A stretch of DNA of 64,000 nt. It comes from an uncultured Planctomycetales bacterium. Its GTDB lineage: Bacteria; Omnitrophota; Gorgyraeia; Zapsychrales; JANLHA01. The DNA lies in the NCBI GenBank assembly GCA_964450385.1, contig CAYVEC010000008.1, positions 3,835 through 67,834 of the forward strand, read 5' to 3'. A model generated the notes under the pieces. That model ran no database searches. It had not been told where the DNA came from and worked only from the letters and a program-made list of their open reading frames with translations. The stretch's first letter is position 1, and the number at the start of each line of letters is the position of its first letter. Position numbers and translations under genes: made by a program. Shown here in pieces: positions 61,805-64,000 of this stretch.

Positions 61805-63088
61805 ATGTCGGAAGCTGCAGAAAACGTTAATGTCCTCAATTACATCAAGATGTTTTTCCGGCGAAAGGAATTTCTTGTCGTCGGCGCCATGATCGGCCTC
61901 GCTGGTGGAATTGCCCTGGGAGAACTCCTCCCGAAAGAATACATCTCATCGACCGTGATTCTCGTCGAAGAAGGCAAAACCGATAACCCTCTGTTCGACA
62001 AACTCGCGGTCTCGACGACGGTCCAGGAACGGCTGATCAATATCCGGGAATCACTCCTGGGGTGGTACAGCATCGTCGAACTCGTTAAGCGCCTTAAACT
62101 TGATGAGGACGTCCGCAATCAGCGTCAATACAACGACCTAATCGAAGGCATCCGCAAAAGGATCTCGATCACCTTGAAAGGAACGAACGTCCTGTATCTC
62201 TCGTACACGAGCAGCAAACCCATCGAGACCCAGGCCGTGGTCCAGAACATCACCGACATCTTCGTCAACCGCAACAAGGAGATCCAGGAGAAGGAGACCG
62301 CGGACGCGATCACTTTTATCGAGGAACAGCTCAAGGTCTACAAGGGCAAGATTAAATCCGCCGAGATCGCCGAACTCCAGGACCGCCTCAACGAGCTCAT
62401 GATCGATTCGACCGACAAGCACCCCCTGGTCAAACAGGTCCGCGAGCGAATCGATGCCAAGATGGACGAACTTAAAAAAGACAACCTCGAATTCACCGAA
62501 GCCAACATCCTCAAGACCGAGAGCAATCAGAAGATCATCCAGCAGATCCAGAGCGCGCTCACTCAGCTCGAGGGCGCGGCCCCGGATGCAGCGAGCACCG
62601 ACGCCGGGCTCTATAAATTTATGCTCCTCGATAAATTTGGAGACGTTGTGGCGCGCGACGCCAAGGTCAACGAAGAGATCTATAATATCCTGCTTGAACG
62701 CCTGGAGACCGCGAAGATCACCCAACGCCTCCAGATGTCCAAAGAAGGGACCCGCTACACGATCGTCGACCCGCCGCGCGTGCCGCTCTCACCGTTCCGA
62801 CCGCGCCGCGAGCTCGTGGCCGTGGCCGGACTCTTCATCGGTCTCGCGGCCGGGGCCGGCCTGCTTTTTATGATCGAATTCTTTGATAAATCATTTATCG
62901 ACGTCGAAGACGCCAAGGAATACCTCGGAGTTCCGCTCCTCGGCGCGATCTCGCGGATCGCGACCGATGAGGAACTGGCACGAGGCCGGCACGGCACGAC
63001 CTGGCTCTACGTCCTGACCGGAATCCTCAGCCTCAGCCTTATTTTTGGGGCTATGACCCTGGCGAACGTCTTAAAGATCAACATCTAA
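61805..63088 (+). CDS. polysaccharide chain-length determinant protein (Wzz/GumC/EpsF-like, two TM + periplasmic coiled coil)
   Basis: N-terminal TM, LYLSYTSSKP, and C-terminal Pro-rich segment plus TM (PRVPLSPFRPRRELVAVAGLFIGLAAGAG). The upstream in-frame extension to 61724 is judged spurious. Confidence 0.65.
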   Translation: MSEAAENVNVLNYIKMFFRRKEFLVVGAMIGLAGGIALGELLPKEYISSTVILVEEGKTDNPLFDKLAVSTTVQERLINIRESLLGWYSIVELVKRLKLDEDVRNQRQYNDLIEGIRKRISITLKGTNVLYLSYTSSKPIETQAVVQNITDIFVNRNKEIQEKETADAITFIEEQLKVYKGKIKSAEIAELQDRLNELMIDSTDKHPLVKQVRERIDAKMDELKKDNLEFTEANILKTESNQKIIQQIQSALTQLEGAAPDAASTDAGLYKFMLLDKFGDVVARDAKVNEEIYNILLERLETAKITQRLQMSKEGTRYTIVDPPRVPLSPFRPRRELVAVAGLFIGLAAGAGLLFMIEFFDKSFIDVEDAKEYLGVPLLGAISRIATDEELARGRHGTTWLYVLTGILSLSLIFGAMTLANVLKINI

Positions 63089-63104
63089 CCCGGAGGAAAC
63101 AGCT

Positions 63105-63656
63105 GTGAACACGTCCGTTGATCATGACTCGACACCCGTTAACCCAGAACAACTCTTGCGGCCCGCGCGGAGACGCCTCAAGGTGCTCCCGATGCTCCAT
63201 GGCGTGCTCACAATCGTCACGGTCGCCCTGGTCTTCAAACTGATCATCGATGTTGTTGAAGTCCGATCCAGTCTCAGGCAGTATGAGACCATTATTAACG
63301 ACCGCAGTGAGGACGATACCGATACCCAGGACCGGCTCACCCGAGTTGAAGATGAATTCCGCCGAGCCTTTGTGAAGGACCGGGAACGGCTGACCGCACT
63401 CGAGGAGACGGCTGCCAACCTCAGCCAGCAGATCGAGGCCCGGGCCCTGACAACGGCCCTCGACTCTTTAGCCCTTGACCTCACCGCGGCAACGACCGCG
63501 ATCACAACAGCAGCGTCTGACTCTGAAAAAAAGCATAGCGGCCAGGCGGCCCAGATCCAGCGCCTCATCGCTGAACAAAAACGATTAGACGATGCGGTCA
63601 CACAGCTCGCTGCCGATATCAAAAATCAATCCGTGCCGCCCCCGGCGGCACCGTAA
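63105..63656 (+). CDS. hypothetical membrane-anchored coiled-coil protein
   Basis: One TM (VLTIVTVALVFKLIIDVV) followed by coiled-coil-like sequence. GTG start. Confidence 0.4.
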   Translation: MNTSVDHDSTPVNPEQLLRPARRRLKVLPMLHGVLTIVTVALVFKLIIDVVEVRSSLRQYETIINDRSEDDTDTQDRLTRVEDEFRRAFVKDRERLTALEETAANLSQQIEARALTTALDSLALDLTAATTAITTAASDSEKKHSGQAAQIQRLIAEQKRLDDAVTQLAADIKNQSVPPPAAP

Positions 63657-63668
63657 CAGAAACGAATC

Positions 63669-64000
63669 ATGGGCTCAAGAACGAGCCGCATTACCAAGGA
63701 GACCCGCGTGGGAAAGATCACCGATGCCTTAAAAAAAGCCGCTGAAGACCGGATCGAGCACATTGATAAGCTCAACCGCGTCCGAGAGAATCAGACCTTT
63801 GTGGTCAAGAAGATCGCGGATTCCCGAGTCGATCCCCGGATCGTGACCTACTTCGATCCGAAGGCCGTTATCAGCGAACAGTACAAGATCCTGCGGACGA
63901 ACATCCTTTCGCTCAACAAAGGCCAACCGCCCCGCTCAATGATCATCACAAGTTCGACCCAGGGAGAAGGGAAGACCGTCACGGCCCTGAATCTGGCGAT
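63669..64000 (+). CDS. BY-kinase (tyrosine autokinase, EpsG/Wzc C-domain-like), 3'-truncated by window end
   Basis: MIITSSTQGEGKTVTALNLA Walker-A region. The frame is open to the window end. Confidence 0.55.
   Translation, partial: MGSRTSRITKETRVGKITDALKKAAEDRIEHIDKLNRVRENQTFVVKKIADSRVDPRIVTYFDPKAVISEQYKILRTNILSLNKGQPPRSMIITSSTQGEGKTVTALNLA

Overview
The window is about 64 kb of a GC-rich (roughly 58-60%) Gram-negative-type bacterial chromosome. Nearly every gene is on the + strand, tightly packed and often translationally coupled (ATGA overlaps). I saw no rRNA, tRNA, CRISPR array, transposase, integrase or phage genes. Housekeeping content includes ilvD (5'-truncated), mutY, surE, nadK, gltA, pepA, fumC, the rseC-rnfBCDGEA operon, xth, acnA, leuCD, aroC, thiC and rpoN. 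Signalling genes are dense: several hybrid histidine kinases, many single-domain receivers, Hpt proteins, a REC-HD-GYP protein and a PilZ protein. The main candidate for an undescribed system is at about 9.26-15.6 kb: four secreted proteins (a two-domain adhesin-like protein, a ~200-aa subunit-like protein ending in a donor-strand-type motif, an Ig-like chaperone-like protein, and a 962-aa outer-membrane protein with TPR, pilus-formation-N-like domain, predicted barrel and C-terminal Cna-B-like repeats). It sits behind a near-consensus sigma-54 -24/-12 promoter. About 100 bp upstream of that promoter is a 20-bp palindrome, ATGTTTA-N6-TAAACAT. The same palindrome architecture and a perfect TGGCAC-N5-TTGC sigma-54 promoter recur at 59.4-59.55 kb, ahead of a PEP-CTERM-type EPS export locus (Wza-like, ExeA-like ATPase, Wzz-like, BY-kinase). 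Both are about 100 bp apart in each case, which suggests one enhancer-binding protein co-regulates a fibre-like surface structure and an exopolysaccharide. rpoN itself lies in the window. Other notable loci: a thiC-linked operon encoding a cNMP-binding/MinD-like/patatin fusion, a HemL-like protein that appears to lack the PLP lysine, a cupin and a DUF2892 protein; and a Che-like phosphorelay (REC-HD-GYP, Hpt-HK-REC-REC, CheY, CheX-like, Hpt, REC).
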